Source: Malacoraja senta (Eukaryota). From it: 64,000 bases of DNA. The notes beneath the pieces were generated by a model. That model was not told the DNA's origin, made no database searches, and saw only the letters and a list, made by a program, of their open reading frames with translations. This document shows positions 13,049 to 24,735 of the stretch, one piece after another. The stretch spans positions 3,660,001-3,724,000 of the forward strand of contig CM075993.1 of NCBI GenBank assembly GCA_038087875.1. Reading direction: 5' to 3'. Position numbers and translations under genes: made by a program. The stretch's first letter is position 1. Every line of letters begins with the position of its first letter.

Positions 13049-13959
13049 AAATGACGCACAAATCAGAAGATAGACTCAAAATGCCTGTGTAACTCAGCTG
13101 GTCAGGCAGCATCTCTGGGGAGAAGGAATGGGTGACGTTTCGGGTCGAGATCCATCTTCATCTCGTACGCAGAAATCAGTCTATTCTCTATACAGTGCCC
13201 CCCCCCCCCCCCCCCGCCGCAGAGGTGAGATAGATGAATACTTCTCAAATCAATTTTATCCATTTCCTGGAAATCAAATACAAATTGTTTACTGGTGAGG
13301 ATTGCACTTCATGTTGAGTATTTACTGTAGAATGAGAGATGGTTTGTTGGAAAGGTGTGGTTTTATCAAACATCTTACTGGACTGGTTACTCAACAGTGA
13401 AATCAAAATGCTCAAGGTGGACATACCAGTGGAACGTAAAATATGCCTGACAAAGCTTTTGAGTATTGATTAAGAAACCAGGAAAGAAATGTATCAGCTT
13501 AAGAATTTCATGTTCAAGGAAGTAGGAAAATAAATAAATCCTTACAGGAGAATCAGATTTTGGTTTGCTGTACTTTGAGTATGCAATAAAAACAATAACT
13601 CATATGGTGTTATGGAATTGTTCATTGAGGTGATGTCAGAATCAATGTGAATGTCCTTGCTCTCCCTCCACCCTGCTCCACCTTTTAGCTAACACATGTT
13701 TGATAACCACAGTTTGAACAAATCCATCAGCCACAAACATTCCTCCTGATCGCATGAAGAACTTGCATTGGTATAGGTAGACAAAGGTGCTGGAGAAACT
13801 CAGCGGGTGCGGCAGCATCTATGGAGCGAAGGAAATAGGCAACGTTTCGGGTCGAAACCATAGCATCTTCAACAACCATAGCCAGGTCTCCAAGCCGAAT
13901 AAGGAGAGGTTAAGGTAGGGTCTCTCAAAGCTCTACCAGCAGTGATAATAGCATTATAA

Positions 13960-14310
13960 ACAGCATAATTTGCTTGGGCAGCTTACAACCCAGGGGTATG
14001 AATTTTCATTTCTCTAACTTCAAGTAACCCTTGCATCCCCTCTCTCTTCATCTCTCCCCCACCCAAGTCACACCAGCTTCTCTTTCTCACCTAGGAAACA
14101 GCTAACAATGGCTTGTTTCCTTTATCATTGTACTTTTTTGCATATCTCTCCTTCATTTGTTCTATATCTCTCTACATCATCGTCGATATCTCTCGTTTCC
14201 CTTTCCCGTGACTTTCAGCCTGTAGAAGGGTCTCGACCTGAAACATCGGCCATTCCTTCTCTCCAGAGATGCTGCCTGGCCCGCTGTGCTTCTTCGGTTT
14301 AAACCAGCAT
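13960..14310 (+). mobile_element. Penelope-like element 3' fragment
   Basis: cgcttgggcagcttacaaccc-like GIY-YIG tail, 3' UTR and a degenerate hammerhead/pseudo-LTR. Confidence 0.65.
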
Positions 14311-14561
14311 CTGGCAGCTCCTCCCTGCACAAAGGGATAATGGCGGCAAGAGCACTGGAACACCAACACCAAAGTTGCAAGCCAATTTAATTTGGAATTG
14401 CATTGCCATTCCTTCGTCATCGCTATTTAGATCCTTGACTCCTTATCAACAGACGAGATCACCCTTAACACAATGACTGAGAAGGAACTGCAGATGCTGG
14501 AAAATCGAAGGTAGACAAAAGTGCTGGAGAAACTCAGCGGGTGCGGCAGCATCTGTGGAGC

Positions 14562-14788
14562 GAAGGAAATAGGCAACGTTTCGGGCCGAAACCCTGAAGG
14601 AAATAGGCAACGTTTCGGGACGAAACCCTGAAGGAAATAGGCAACGTTTCGGGCCGAAACCCTGAAGGAAATAGGCAATGTTTCGGGCCGAAACCCTGAA
14701 GGAAATAGGCAACGTTTCGGGCCGAAACCCTGAAGGAAATAGGCAACGTTTCGGGACGAAACCCTGAAGGAAATAGGTAACGTTTCGG
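14562..14788. repeat. 34-bp tandem array (6 full units plus 1 partial) derived from the PLE pseudo-LTR
   Basis: Unit GAAGGAAATAGGCAACGTTTCGGGCCGAAACCCT starts at 14562, 14596, 14630, 14664, 14698, 14732 and 14766. Confidence 0.95.
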
Positions 14789-15335
14789 ATGATCAGAACG
14801 GAACTTCCCTCCATGGAAACAATCTACACACCGCGCTGTCAAAAAAGAGCAGAGAGAATCATCAGAGACACACTACATCCAGCTCACTCCCTGCTCAAAC
14901 ACAAAAACTGCACATACAACCTCAGGCACAGACGAGCGGACAGCATCGCCACAAACAGAACACGCTTTTTCAAGAGCTTCTTCCCTGCCATAGTGAGACT
15001 CTTGGCCAAAACAAAATGAACTGATGTCCTGACCCACCTCGTAACATATCATATTATATCATATTATATTGTCTCCTGGGCCTTTGCAATTTACAATGCA
15101 ATCGACACTTTTATATGGGGTTTGTGTAATTTACAATGCTCTTCACTTTCCCCTTTATATAGGGTTTTAGGCACTTTCTTTTTTATTTCTAGAGAAGTAT
15201 ATGTTTTTATAGATTATGTGTCTTTCTGCGTGTCTTTTTAACTTGACTTGACTTGACTCTCTGAACAACCGCACAAGAGTTCCTATGTGTGTAAGCACAA
15301 ATGGCAAATAAAGTTTTTTGATTTTGATTTGATTT
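14789..15335 (+). mobile_element. Rex1/L2-like LINE 3' fragment
   Basis: ORF 14789-15019 (ELPSMETIYTPRCQKRA..IIRDTLHPAHSLL..SFFPAIVRLL), then AATAAA and a (TGATT)n tail. Confidence 0.7.
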
Positions 15336-16143
15336 GAAGGGTTTCGGGCCGAAACGTTGCCTATTTCCTTCGCTCCATAGATGCTGAGTTTCTCCAGCAC
15401 TTTTGTCCATCAGAATAACTATATCAGTTGCAGAAATGTATCCATTTTTCAGTACTCATCAAGTAGATTGTTTAATTTCAGCGTTAAATGAAGCAAAGAC
15501 TGCTGTCCATCATAACTATTATCATTATATCTTACAGATCAAAGAGCTTGGAAAAAAAAAAAAAAAACTTCTTCTGCACATTAAACAGAGGGCAGTCCAT
15601 TCTTTGTAACATGCTTGTTCAATGGTAAGGTCAATGAACTCCTCTGGGCTCATGGATGGCTTGGTGGAAATGTATTGTCCTCCTAAGCATCTTACTGGAT
15701 TGAGTGAAAAGAAACTGTCCACAGACAAACAAGCCTGTAATGTTCATACCGATAAGGTGCACCTTTTGCCAGTATGTCAGAGCAAGCCATCCTCCATGTT
15801 CATAAGTGACAAGAGCAGAATTAGGCCATTCGGCCCATCAAGTCTACTCCACCCTTTTGGAAATGTCAAAGACTAAAGGCATCGATTTTAGGTGAGAGGG
15901 GCGGTTTAAAGGAGATGTACATGGCAGGCGGTTTATACAGAGGGTGGTGGGTGACTGGAAACACTGCCTAGGACAGTGGTGGGGGCAGATATGATAATGG
16001 CTTTTAAGAGATGTTTAGGTAGTTATGCGGAGGGAAATGGGGGGGATATAGATCCATGAGCAGGCAGAGGTTAGTTTAACTTGGCAGCAATTTGGCGCAT
16101 ATATAATGACTGAGAGGCCTGTTCCTGTGCTGTACTGTTCTAT

Positions 16144-16358
16144 CTTCTCCGTGGATTGTCACCTTGTCGTGGTGGAGAAGCTTGTGTGGTCCTGAGATCC
16201 TGAGAGCGACGCCGACTGGAGCTATGCTCCTGGTAGGGCCACCCATGGCGGTAAGGTCGAGGGGGAGGTCTCTGACAAAGAGCAATCCAACCAAGACCTC
16301 AACGGTGGACCAGGCGGAGGACGATGGCTGACCTTAGTGGAGCGTCACAACGGCTGGG
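16144..16358 (+). mobile_element. RTE-clade (Expander/Rex3/BovB-like) LINE 5' UTR fragment
   Basis: gtcaccttgtcgtggtggag...cctggtagggccacccatggc...ctgacaaag matches the conserved RTE 5' UTR as I recall it. Confidence 0.65.
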
Positions 16359-16842
16359 GACCCTTCTTCAGACTCTCGACCCGAAGCGTCACCCATTCCT
16401 TCTCTCCAGGGACGCTGCCTGTCCAGCTGAGTTACTCCAGCATTTTGTGTCCATCTTCGGTGTAAACCAGCATCTGTTTTGGAGCTGTCTCTGCTCAGCA
16501 GCAAGAACATGTGCAGGCTGCATTAGCACTCAAGTGCTGTGCATGCTTTACATAGCATCAAATGTTAACACAAATTGCAACACATCAGCTTGCTAACACT
16601 ACACCAGCTGTTGTAGCAAAATTATAATTTCAGTCATGATTTAAGATATTAAATCCAAAAGCCATGGAATTATTTCATTTAATAAATTAATGGTTTAGTT
16701 TAAATTGTTTTATGATTTGAGTTTGAAGACACGTTTCAGCATTGTCTCTCTGGCATATATTCACAATCGGAGATTGTTAGAGACTTTGCACAGTGTAGAC
16801 TGGGGCATTCAGGGCTCCTTGCATCCTCTTTCTGGGATGTTG

Positions 16843-16882
<40 letters not shown>

Positions 16883-17739
16883 CGTGCGTGTGTGTGTGTG
16901 TGTGCTCGTGCGTGTGCGTGCGTGTGTGTGTGTGTGTGCTCGTGCGTGTGCGTGCGTGTGTGTGTGTGTGCGCGTGTGTGTGTGTAGGAGAGAGGGTGTG
17001 TGTGTGTGCGTGTGAGGGGGTGGGGGTGGGTGTGTGTGTGTGTGTGTGCGTGTGTGTGTGTGTGTGTGCGTGTGTGTGTGTGTGTGCGTGTGTGCTTGTG
17101 TGTGTGTGTGTGTGTGCGTGTGTGCGTGTGTGTGTGTGTGTGTGTCTGCGTGTGTGTGTGTGTGTGTGTGTGCGTGTGTGTGTGTGTGTGTGGGGGGGGG
17201 TGGGTGTGTGTGTGTGTGTGTGCGTGGGGGTGGGGGTGGGGGGGTGGTGGGGTGTGTGTCTGAGAGGGTGTGAGAAAGAGTGTGAGAGAGTGTGCGAGAG
17301 TGTGTGAGAGTGTGTGAGAGAGTGTGTGAGAGAGTGTGTGAGAGAGTGTGTGAGAGAGAGTGTGTGAGAGAGTGTGTGAGAGAGTGTGTGAGAGAGAGTG
17401 TGTGAGAGAGAGAGTGTGAGAGAGAGAGTGTGTGAGAGAGTGTGTGAGAGAGAGTGTGTGAGAGAGTGTGTGAGAGAGAGTGTGTGAGAGAGAGAGTGTG
17501 AGAGAGAGAGTGTGTGAGAGTGTGTGTGAGAGTGTGTGAGAGTGTGTGTGAGAGAGTGTGTGTGAGAGTGTGTGTGAGAGAGAGTGTGTGAGAGAGTGTG
17601 TGAGAGAGAGTGTGTGAGAGAGAGAGTGTGAGAGAGAGAGTGTGTGAGAGTGTGTGTGAGAGTGTGTGAGAGAGTGTGTGAGAGAGTGTGTGAGAGAGAG
17701 TGTGTGTGAGAGAGAGTGTGAGAGAGAGAAAGAGAGAGA
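16843..17739. repeat. Compound (GT)n / (GAGT,GA)n microsatellite of about 900 bp
   Basis: Seen directly; explains the low-complexity ORFs at 16705-17769. Confidence 0.97.
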
Positions 17740-18769
17740 CTCAATAAATTGTTGAGATGGATGGGACAAATAGCTGTGAGTCCTGGTGGGAGAGGAGGGG
17801 TGGAGAAAGAATGGAGGAGAGGGGGAGGAAAATGTTGTAGTAACTATATTTCAAGAATTTAATGTTCATAGCATTGAGTTGTAAGGTACCCAAGAGGAAT
17901 ATGAGGTTCTGTTCCTCCAGTTTGCATGTGGCCTCGCCTGGATAATGGAAGATGGATTTGATTAGTACTGGTGTCAGAGGTTATGGGGAGAAGGCAGGAG
18001 AATGGGGTTAGGAGGGAGAGATAGATCATGAATGGTGGAGTAGACGTGATGAGCCGAATGGCCTATTCCTTATGACCTCATCCCCTTGTAACGGAGAGGT
18101 TAGTATCGCAATGGGAAAAGGAGTTAGAATGGTTAGCAACCAGGAGATCTAGTTTGCCTTGATGGGATTGAGATTGTATAAAAGACACAAAATATGGGGA
18201 AAATGCATTCCTCTTACTCTACCCACTCACTAACAATTGGCAAAGTCTGCCAGGGATGGTTAATAAGTATTAATCTTGCCCATATCCTCCTTTTTTTTTT
18301 AATAGAGTGTGCCTAAGATTAGCCAGATTGGCCAGAAAATAATTGTCAGAGATAACAACAGGAAACACATTACTGATGTGTATCAACAATTTTCAAGGAA
18401 AGAAAGAAGAAATGTACTTGAACTGCAGCCAAAGCAAAACTATTTGACCTCTTTAGTATATGATGATAGCAATAACTTGCACATTTAGTGCGTTTAGCAG
18501 CAAAGCATTGGTATTGTTTTATTATTGTCATGTGTGCTGAGACACAATGATAGACTTTGCAAGTTATCCAGGCATCTCACACTATATGTAAACAGCTAGA
18601 GCAAAGAAGAAAATATCTTCAAAACAATCCTTGGAGGAACTCCAAATAAATGTTGCCGTTTAGGTATATTCAGCAATCGGGGGAAGCAGAGTAATCTTAA
18701 TGGAATGATATAAATGAGGAGATGAGGGTGCGTAGTGAGAGGTTTAGGGAGGGAATACAAGTGGTATGG

Positions 18770-19426
18770 TATGGTATGTTGGCCTTCATAGCAAGAGGAT
18801 TTGAGTATAGGAGCTGGGAGGTTCTACTGCAGTTGTACAGGGTCTTGGTGAGACCACACCTGGAGTATTGCGTACAGTTTTGGTCTCCAAATCTGAGGAA
18901 GGACATTATAGCCATAGAGGGAGTGCAGAGAAGGTTCACCAGACTGATTCCTGGGATGTCAGGACTTTCATATGAAGAAAGACTGGATAGACTTGGCTTA
19001 TACTCGCTAGAATTTAGGAGATTGAGAGGGGATCTTATAGAAACGTACAAAATTCTTATGGGGTTGGACAGGCTAGATGCAGGAAGATTGTTCCCAATGT
19101 TGGGGAAGTCCAGGACAAGGGGTCACAGCTTAAGGATAAGGGGGAAATCCTTTAAGACCGAGATGAGGAAAAACTTTTTCACACAGAGAGTGGTGAATCT
19201 CTGGAACTCTCTGCCACAGAGGGTAGTTGACGCCAGTTCATTGGCTATATTTAAGAGGGAGTTAGATGTGGCCCTTGTGGCTAAAGGGATCAGGGGGTAT
19301 GGAGAGAAGGCAGGTACAGGATACTGAGTTGGATGATCAGCCATGATCATATTGAATGGCGGTGCAGGCTCGAAGGGCCGAATGGCCTACTCCTGCACCT
19401 ATTTTCTATGTATCTATGTATCTATG
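18770..19426 (+). mobile_element. Young CR1 LINE 3' fragment
   Basis: ORF 18722-19327 (LYRVLVRPHLEYCVQFWSP..RTRGHSL..RVVNLWNSLP) with a (TATCTATG)n tail. Confidence 0.9.
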
Positions 19427-19779
19427 TGTCTAGGGCCTTGGCAGGCAGCTGAAGCAAAATTCAAGGTTTAAAGGTTTCAAGGTCAGTTTATTGTCATATG
19501 TACCAATTAAGGTACAGATTTTCAAATTACCATACAGCCATATTTAAAAAAAGCAACAAGACACACAACTATATAAAAGTTAACATAAACATCCACCACA
19601 GTGGTTCCCCCACGCTACTCATCGTGAAGGAAGGAGATAAAGTCCAATCTCCTTCCTCTTTATTCTCCCGCGTTCGGGGCAGTCGAACCATCCGCAGTTG
19701 GCGGTCGAAACTCCCACGTCGGGGTGATCGAAGCCCCCGTCACGGTGATCGAAACTCCCGCAACGGGGCGGTCGAAACC

Positions 19780-19890
19780 AGTGGAGTCGGAGTCGCCGAG
19801 TCGGAGTCGTCGAGTCGGAGTCGGGGCAATTTTGGTGCTGCTGGAGTCGGAGTCGGAGTCGGTACAAAAGTCCCGACTCCGACCTCAACA
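19780..19890. repeat. GGAGTC/GACTCC short-repeat cluster, probably the subterminal region of a non-autonomous DNA transposon
   Basis: Repeated ggagtcggagtc units followed by inverted ccgactccgac. Confidence 0.55.
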
Positions 19891-20344
19891 TAAATTTCAG
19901 AGACGACGTAAATCGGAAAGAAAATCCCACTTTTTAAACATATTAAACATATTAAACACTTTATTTCCACCCGAGAGAATGATAAATCACATCGATGCTG
20001 CCATCTGGTGGCAGAACAACAAGAAACAAAACGTAAACAAACGCCATCACCAGCTGATTGGCTCCACCTGCCACGGAGTGAACATGTCTGGATAATTTCT
20101 GAATTCAAAAAGGTAAATTTAGTCATTCATTTATGGGGAAATATATTATAAATGAATACAGATTCCGAATTTTCATGATTTACTGCAAAAGAAGTCACCA
20201 GCGATGATTAATTCCTTCTCCACAACAGCAAACACTAGTCTTGGCAAAGCGTCACAGAACTTGGCAATTTTTCATCAATACTAACCATAATTTCTACTTT
20301 CAGTGGGATGCTTGACACAATATTCTAGGTTAAAAGGTTAGTAA

Positions 20345-20735
20345 AGCCCCTGTCCCACTGAGGAGACCTAAACAGCAACCTCTGGTGACCTTGCCCACCA
20401 CCCAAGGTTTCCATGAGGTCACCGGAGGTTTTGGTCACTCTCCCTAATGGTCGAAAGTGGTTTCCGCGTGGTCGAGGCTTCATCTAGGTTGCTGCTATTT
20501 TTTCATCGTGATTAAAACCGGCCTCGACTAAAAATAAGTTGACGTTTTAAAAATCGATAATTTTTTAGTCGCAGGTCTAGTCGAAGCCGGTTTTCTTCAT
20601 AGTCGAGGAAGGTTTTCAACATTTGCATGGGAGGCGGTAGGAGGTTGCAGGTCACCTCGACCTTGATTTTTTTTTTGGGTGGCGGGCAAGGTCACCAGAG
20701 GTTGCTGTTTAGGTCTCCTAAGTGGGACAGGGGCT
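20345..20735. mobile_element. PIF/Harbinger-type MITE
   Basis: Long TIR AGCCCCTGTCCCACT-AGGAGACCTAAACAGCAACCTCTGGTGACCTTGCCC at both ends. Confidence 0.85.
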
Positions 20736-21139
20736 CATGGGGTTGGGTGATGAAGGAAAAAAAAGGTTAGGGTTCATTTAGGTAAAAGTATAATAAACAC
20801 CGGCTAACCTAAACTAACAGGGGAGAGGGGGCTGCGTCCCCTTGACACCCCCCCCCCCCGATCCCTTAAAACAAGTTTCCTCAAATTATTTATTTATTAC
20901 TGATGGATAGAGATTACTAAAGTGAGTTAGTAAAGGTAAGTAACGTATGTCAGTTCTTCCGCCAGTATTCACTGCACTTTAACCCCATATTTTGTGGTAT
21001 ATAAACAAAGTTAATAATTCCATTTCCGCCACTATCCATTCACTAATGTCATTCATTATTTTCTTTTTCAGGGAAAAAATTGAGTTAATTCAAAATTTCC
21101 CAAGTTGGCAAGTTTGAAATCTAAAGCCCCTCTCTCAAT

Positions 21140-22200
21140 GGCAAAGAAAACTCCAACCAGATCGGCTGTTTTTGTAAGAAGCATAACACAGCCCCAGACA
21201 AGTAACTCTTTCTGAATACAGAGATGCAGTCAATGACTTTGTTGAGTGGGGTGTGGGCAGAATCTCTTGCAGCTCAACACTGACAAGACTTAAAGGGCCT
21301 GTCCCACTGTACGAGGTCATTCAAGAGTTCTCCCGGGTTTTCCCCTGATTCAAACTCGGAGAATATCCGTAGCGGGTCCATAGGAGTTCGTGGATGTCCC
21401 GTAACGGCTCGTACGAGTAACGGTAGGTACCCGGGAAATCCGGTAAACTCGTGATGTTTTTTCAACACTGTGAAAAATGTCCACGAGTAAAAAAATTACT
21501 CGTGATGAAAATAATTGTTACTTTTTACTCGTACGAGCCGCTACGAGACATCCACGAACTCCTACGGACCCGCCACGGACATTCTCCGAGTTCGAATCAG
21601 GGGAAAACTCGGGAGAACTCTTGAATTACCCCGTACAGTGGGACAGGCCCTCAAGGAGCAAGTGGTGGATTTTAGGAGGAGAGGAACATGCACCCTGTCT
21701 CCATCAAGGGTGTGGATGTGCAGGTGACCCTGGACTACAAGTACCTTGGAGTTTACCTGGACAGTAAACTGGACTGGTCCAGGAATGTAGAAGCACTGTG
21801 CAAGAAGGGACAGATCAGTCTGCACTTTCTGAGGAGGCTCTGATCTTTCAACATCTGCAGTGAGATGCTGCAGATGTTTTATCAATCAGTGGTAGCCAGT
21901 GCCATTATCTATGCTGTCGTGGCTGGTTTTAAAGCAGGGTGAAGGCCGCGGATGACAGCAGAAGCAACAAGCTCATTAGGAAGGCTAGCTCTGGGAGTGG
22001 GGTTGGATTCAATGGAGGTGGTGTCGGAAAGGAGGATACTCCTCAAACTTGGACAAGGGGCATCTTGGACAATACACCTCACCCCCTCCTTGACACACTG
22101 GTCAACCTGAGGAGCATCGTCAGCAACAGGGTGGTCCCACCAAGCTGCAGCACAGAATGCCAGGGGAGTTCTATTTTCCCTGTGGCCATCAAACCATATA
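21140..22200 (+). mobile_element. Degraded Rex1/L2-like LINE fragment hosting a MITE
   Basis: RT 3' motifs (ctcaacactgacaagac..aaggag..gtggtggattttaggagg; YKYLGVYLDSKLDW; FYQSVVASAI). Confidence 0.7.
21294..21651. mobile_element. PIF/Harbinger-type MITE, almost fully palindromic
   Basis: TIR AGGGCCTGTCCCACTGTACG; flanks TAA and CAA; interrupts the LINE. Confidence 0.85.
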
Positions 22201-22482
22201 GCTCCTCCCACTTCTGTCCCCTTTCCCCTCCACAACACCCCCCCATCTTTGCACATCCCTCATCCTAGACTTTTCCACTCGATAATTTAATTCCATGTTA
22301 GTGCAATATTACATATGTGTTATGCAATAACTGGTTACTTACATTTCATAATGATTATAATGCTCTGGGATTAATAAAGTGATTTTAAATTAGATCATCA
22401 AATAGGCGCGGTGGTTAAGTCCAGCTTCTTTCACCTAAGGAAGCTGGCAAAGGTGAAGCCCATTCTCGAGCGGCAGCATTTT

Positions 22483-23056
22483 TTGTGTGATATAAATTTT
22501 TATTAGAAGCAAACATATTATAATGTAGAGTAACATATTATAATAGGAGAAGAAAAAACTTTTCATATACATCAATCATACATACATTATTACATTTGTC
22601 AATTGTCAGTTAATTCTGCTTCTAGTGTTTTTTTTTTATATAGATAGAAAAAGAAAAATAGAGAGAAAGAAGAATTACAATATCAAAAAAGAAAAAGAGG
22701 TGGAATGAATAACTTATAATACGTCATAGGAGATAAGTTCGTAGGTTATGAAATATAATTACATCTAATCCTGAGTTCAAGCTTCAGTCGGGCTTTCGCG
22801 CTGGGCCACTCTATCCCTTCAAATAGGCCATGAATGGAGCCCATATTTTAACAAAAAGTTCTTGCTTGTCCATTAAGACAAGTCTAATTCTTTCTAGATG
22901 TAGGGTCTCCGACATTTCCACAATCCACATTTTAATTGTGGGGATTGTAGGGCCTTTCCAGAATTTTAATATTATTTTTTTCCCAGTTATTATACTGTAG
23001 TCAAGGAAGTTTCTTTGGCTTGTTGTGAGTGTTAAACTTTGTTCTGATATCCCAAT
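22483..23056 (-). mobile_element. 5'-truncated L1-clade LINE with a 13-bp TSD
   Basis: GCGGCAGCATTTT at 22470-22482 and 23057-23069. The minus strand reads GKKIILKFWKGPTIPTIKMW..LERIRL..FVKIWAPF (L1 ORF2 C-terminus), followed by AATAAA. Confidence 0.8.
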
Positions 23057-23116
23057 GCGGCAGCATTTTGAAACAGTAATGCATGCCTTTATTACATCTA
23101 GGCTGGATTACTGTAA

Positions 23117-23720
23117 AGGCTCTGTCTTACCTGTTTGCGGTCATCGGCGGTGAAGCGCGGCGTCGCCGGTAGCGAGGACCGCGCGGCAACAGCGAGAGCG
23201 TCGAGCCTATCCACCGGAGCGCCGCACGGATGTTGCGCGGGGGCCGAGTTAATTCAAACACGGCGGGTCCCACGTGCTTGCGGTAAGTAAAAAAAGGGCG
23301 GGCCGACTGCGATGACGTCGGCCCGCCGCACGTGACTCACCAGCGGCGGCTGTGGCGGCGGCCGTCCTGATCGCGGCGCTGTAGCGGTGGCTGTGACTGC
23401 GGCCGCGCAGCACACGTGCCTCACTGGCGGCGGCACGTGCCTCACTGGCGGAGGCTGTGGCAGAGGAGGTTTGACGCACGGCGCTCGACCCACACTGGCG
23501 GCGGCCCGTGCGAGCGGCCGTGCCGCACTTGTGCATCACTGGTGGAGGTTGTGCGGTGAGTATTTTGTTTTGGACATTGTCGTTTTTATTTTAGCACCGC
23601 GCGGTGTTGGGAACACCGCCGCACGGCACGGGAATTGTACTTTCTCACAAGTGCGCGGTCTATGGCGGCAGATTCCTCCCGTTTCGCCGCCATAGACCGC
23701 AGACTCGTGAGACAGGCCTT
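23117..23720. mobile_element. GC/CpG-rich PIF/Harbinger-type non-autonomous element
   Basis: TAA TSD (23114-23116, 23721-23723); TIR AGGCTCTGTCTTAC / GTGAGACAGGCCTT. It splits the L2 codons ..DYC|NAL. Confidence 0.8.
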
Positions 23721-24417
23721 TAACGCACTCTATTTTGGAGTTGCACGATCTTCACTGGCTCGTCTCCAGTTGGTTCAAAATGCTGCCGCTCGCCTTTTAA
23801 CTGGAACTCGAAAGAGGGAGCACATAACGCCAATTCTGGCCTCCCGCCACTGGCTCCCGGTGCACTTTCGAGTTCATTTTAAAATTCTTTTATTTGCTTT
23901 TAAATCTCTAAATGGGGCTCGCCCCGCCTTACCTCTCTGAACTGCTCCACCCATACGCTCCTGTCAGCTGATCAGCTGCTCCTGGAGGTACCGAGGTCTA
24001 AGCGGAAGCTCAGAGGGGATAGAGCCTTCTCTGTTGCTGCTCCGGCACTCTAGAACACCCTGCCGTTGCATATCAGACAGGCCCCCTCACTGTCCATCTT
24101 CAAAACCAGTATTAAAACACATTTATATTCCTTGGCTTTTGACACTGCTTGAGACTTTGCTCCTGTTTTTAGTGCTTTTAATGTTTTTAATTTTATTGTT
24201 TTTACTCTTTCGTTTAATGTTTTTATTGTTATGTAATAATTTCTTGTCCATGATTAGTCATGTAGAGCACTTTGTTGCAACTGCGGTTGTTTTTAAAGTG
24301 CTCTATAAATAAAATTATTATATTATTAATATAACACTTTCAACGCCTTGTAACTGTGTCTTTTGACCAATTTCCCTCTGGGATTAATAAAGTAGTATCA
24401 TACATATCGTATCGTAG

Positions 24418-24735
24418 GGGCGGCACGGTGGCGCAGCGGTAACGTTGCTGCCTTACAGCGCCCGGGTTCGATCCTGACCATGGGGGCCTGTCTGTACGGA
24501 GTTTGTACGTTCTCCCTGTGGCCGCGTGGGTTTTCTCCAGGAATCCTCCGGTTTCCTCGCACACTCCAAAGACGTACAGGTTTGTAGGTTAATTGGCTTG
24601 GGGTTTGTATACTTGGTATAAGTGTAAATTGTCCCTAGTGTGGGTAGGCTTGTGTCAATGTGCGGGGATCGCTGGTCGATGCGGACCCGGTGGCCAAAGG
24701 GCCTGTTTCCGCGCTGTATCTCTAAACTAACCTAA
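24418..24735 (+). mobile_element. Near full-length tRNA-derived HE1-like V-SINE
   Basis: A-box TGGCGCAGCGG, B-box GGTTCGATCC, central V-domain, and a HER1-like 3' end ending ctctaaactaa. Confidence 0.85.

Larger units (their letters stand above)
22400..24330 (+). mobile_element. L2 LINE 3' fragment interrupted by two nested insertions
   Basis: SSFFHLRKLAKVKPIL..HAFITSRLDYC|NAL..RLQLVQNAAARLLTG..HITPILAS.HWLPV; (ATT)n tail near 24315. Confidence 0.85.

Noticed and set aside
14562..14788. CRISPR-like array of about 34-bp hairpin repeats
   Set aside because: The units are contiguous with no unique spacers, they derive from the PLE pseudo-LTR, there are no cas genes, and the context is eukaryotic.
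16705..17769. Long His/Thr/Ser or Cys/Val ORFs (up to 330 aa)
   Set aside because: Translations of a GT/GA microsatellite.
23117..23720. CpG-island promoter of a host gene
   Set aside because: Bounded by TIRs and a TSD inside an L2 element.
24425..24480. tRNA gene
   Set aside because: The A and B boxes belong to the head of a V-SINE; there is no complete cloverleaf.
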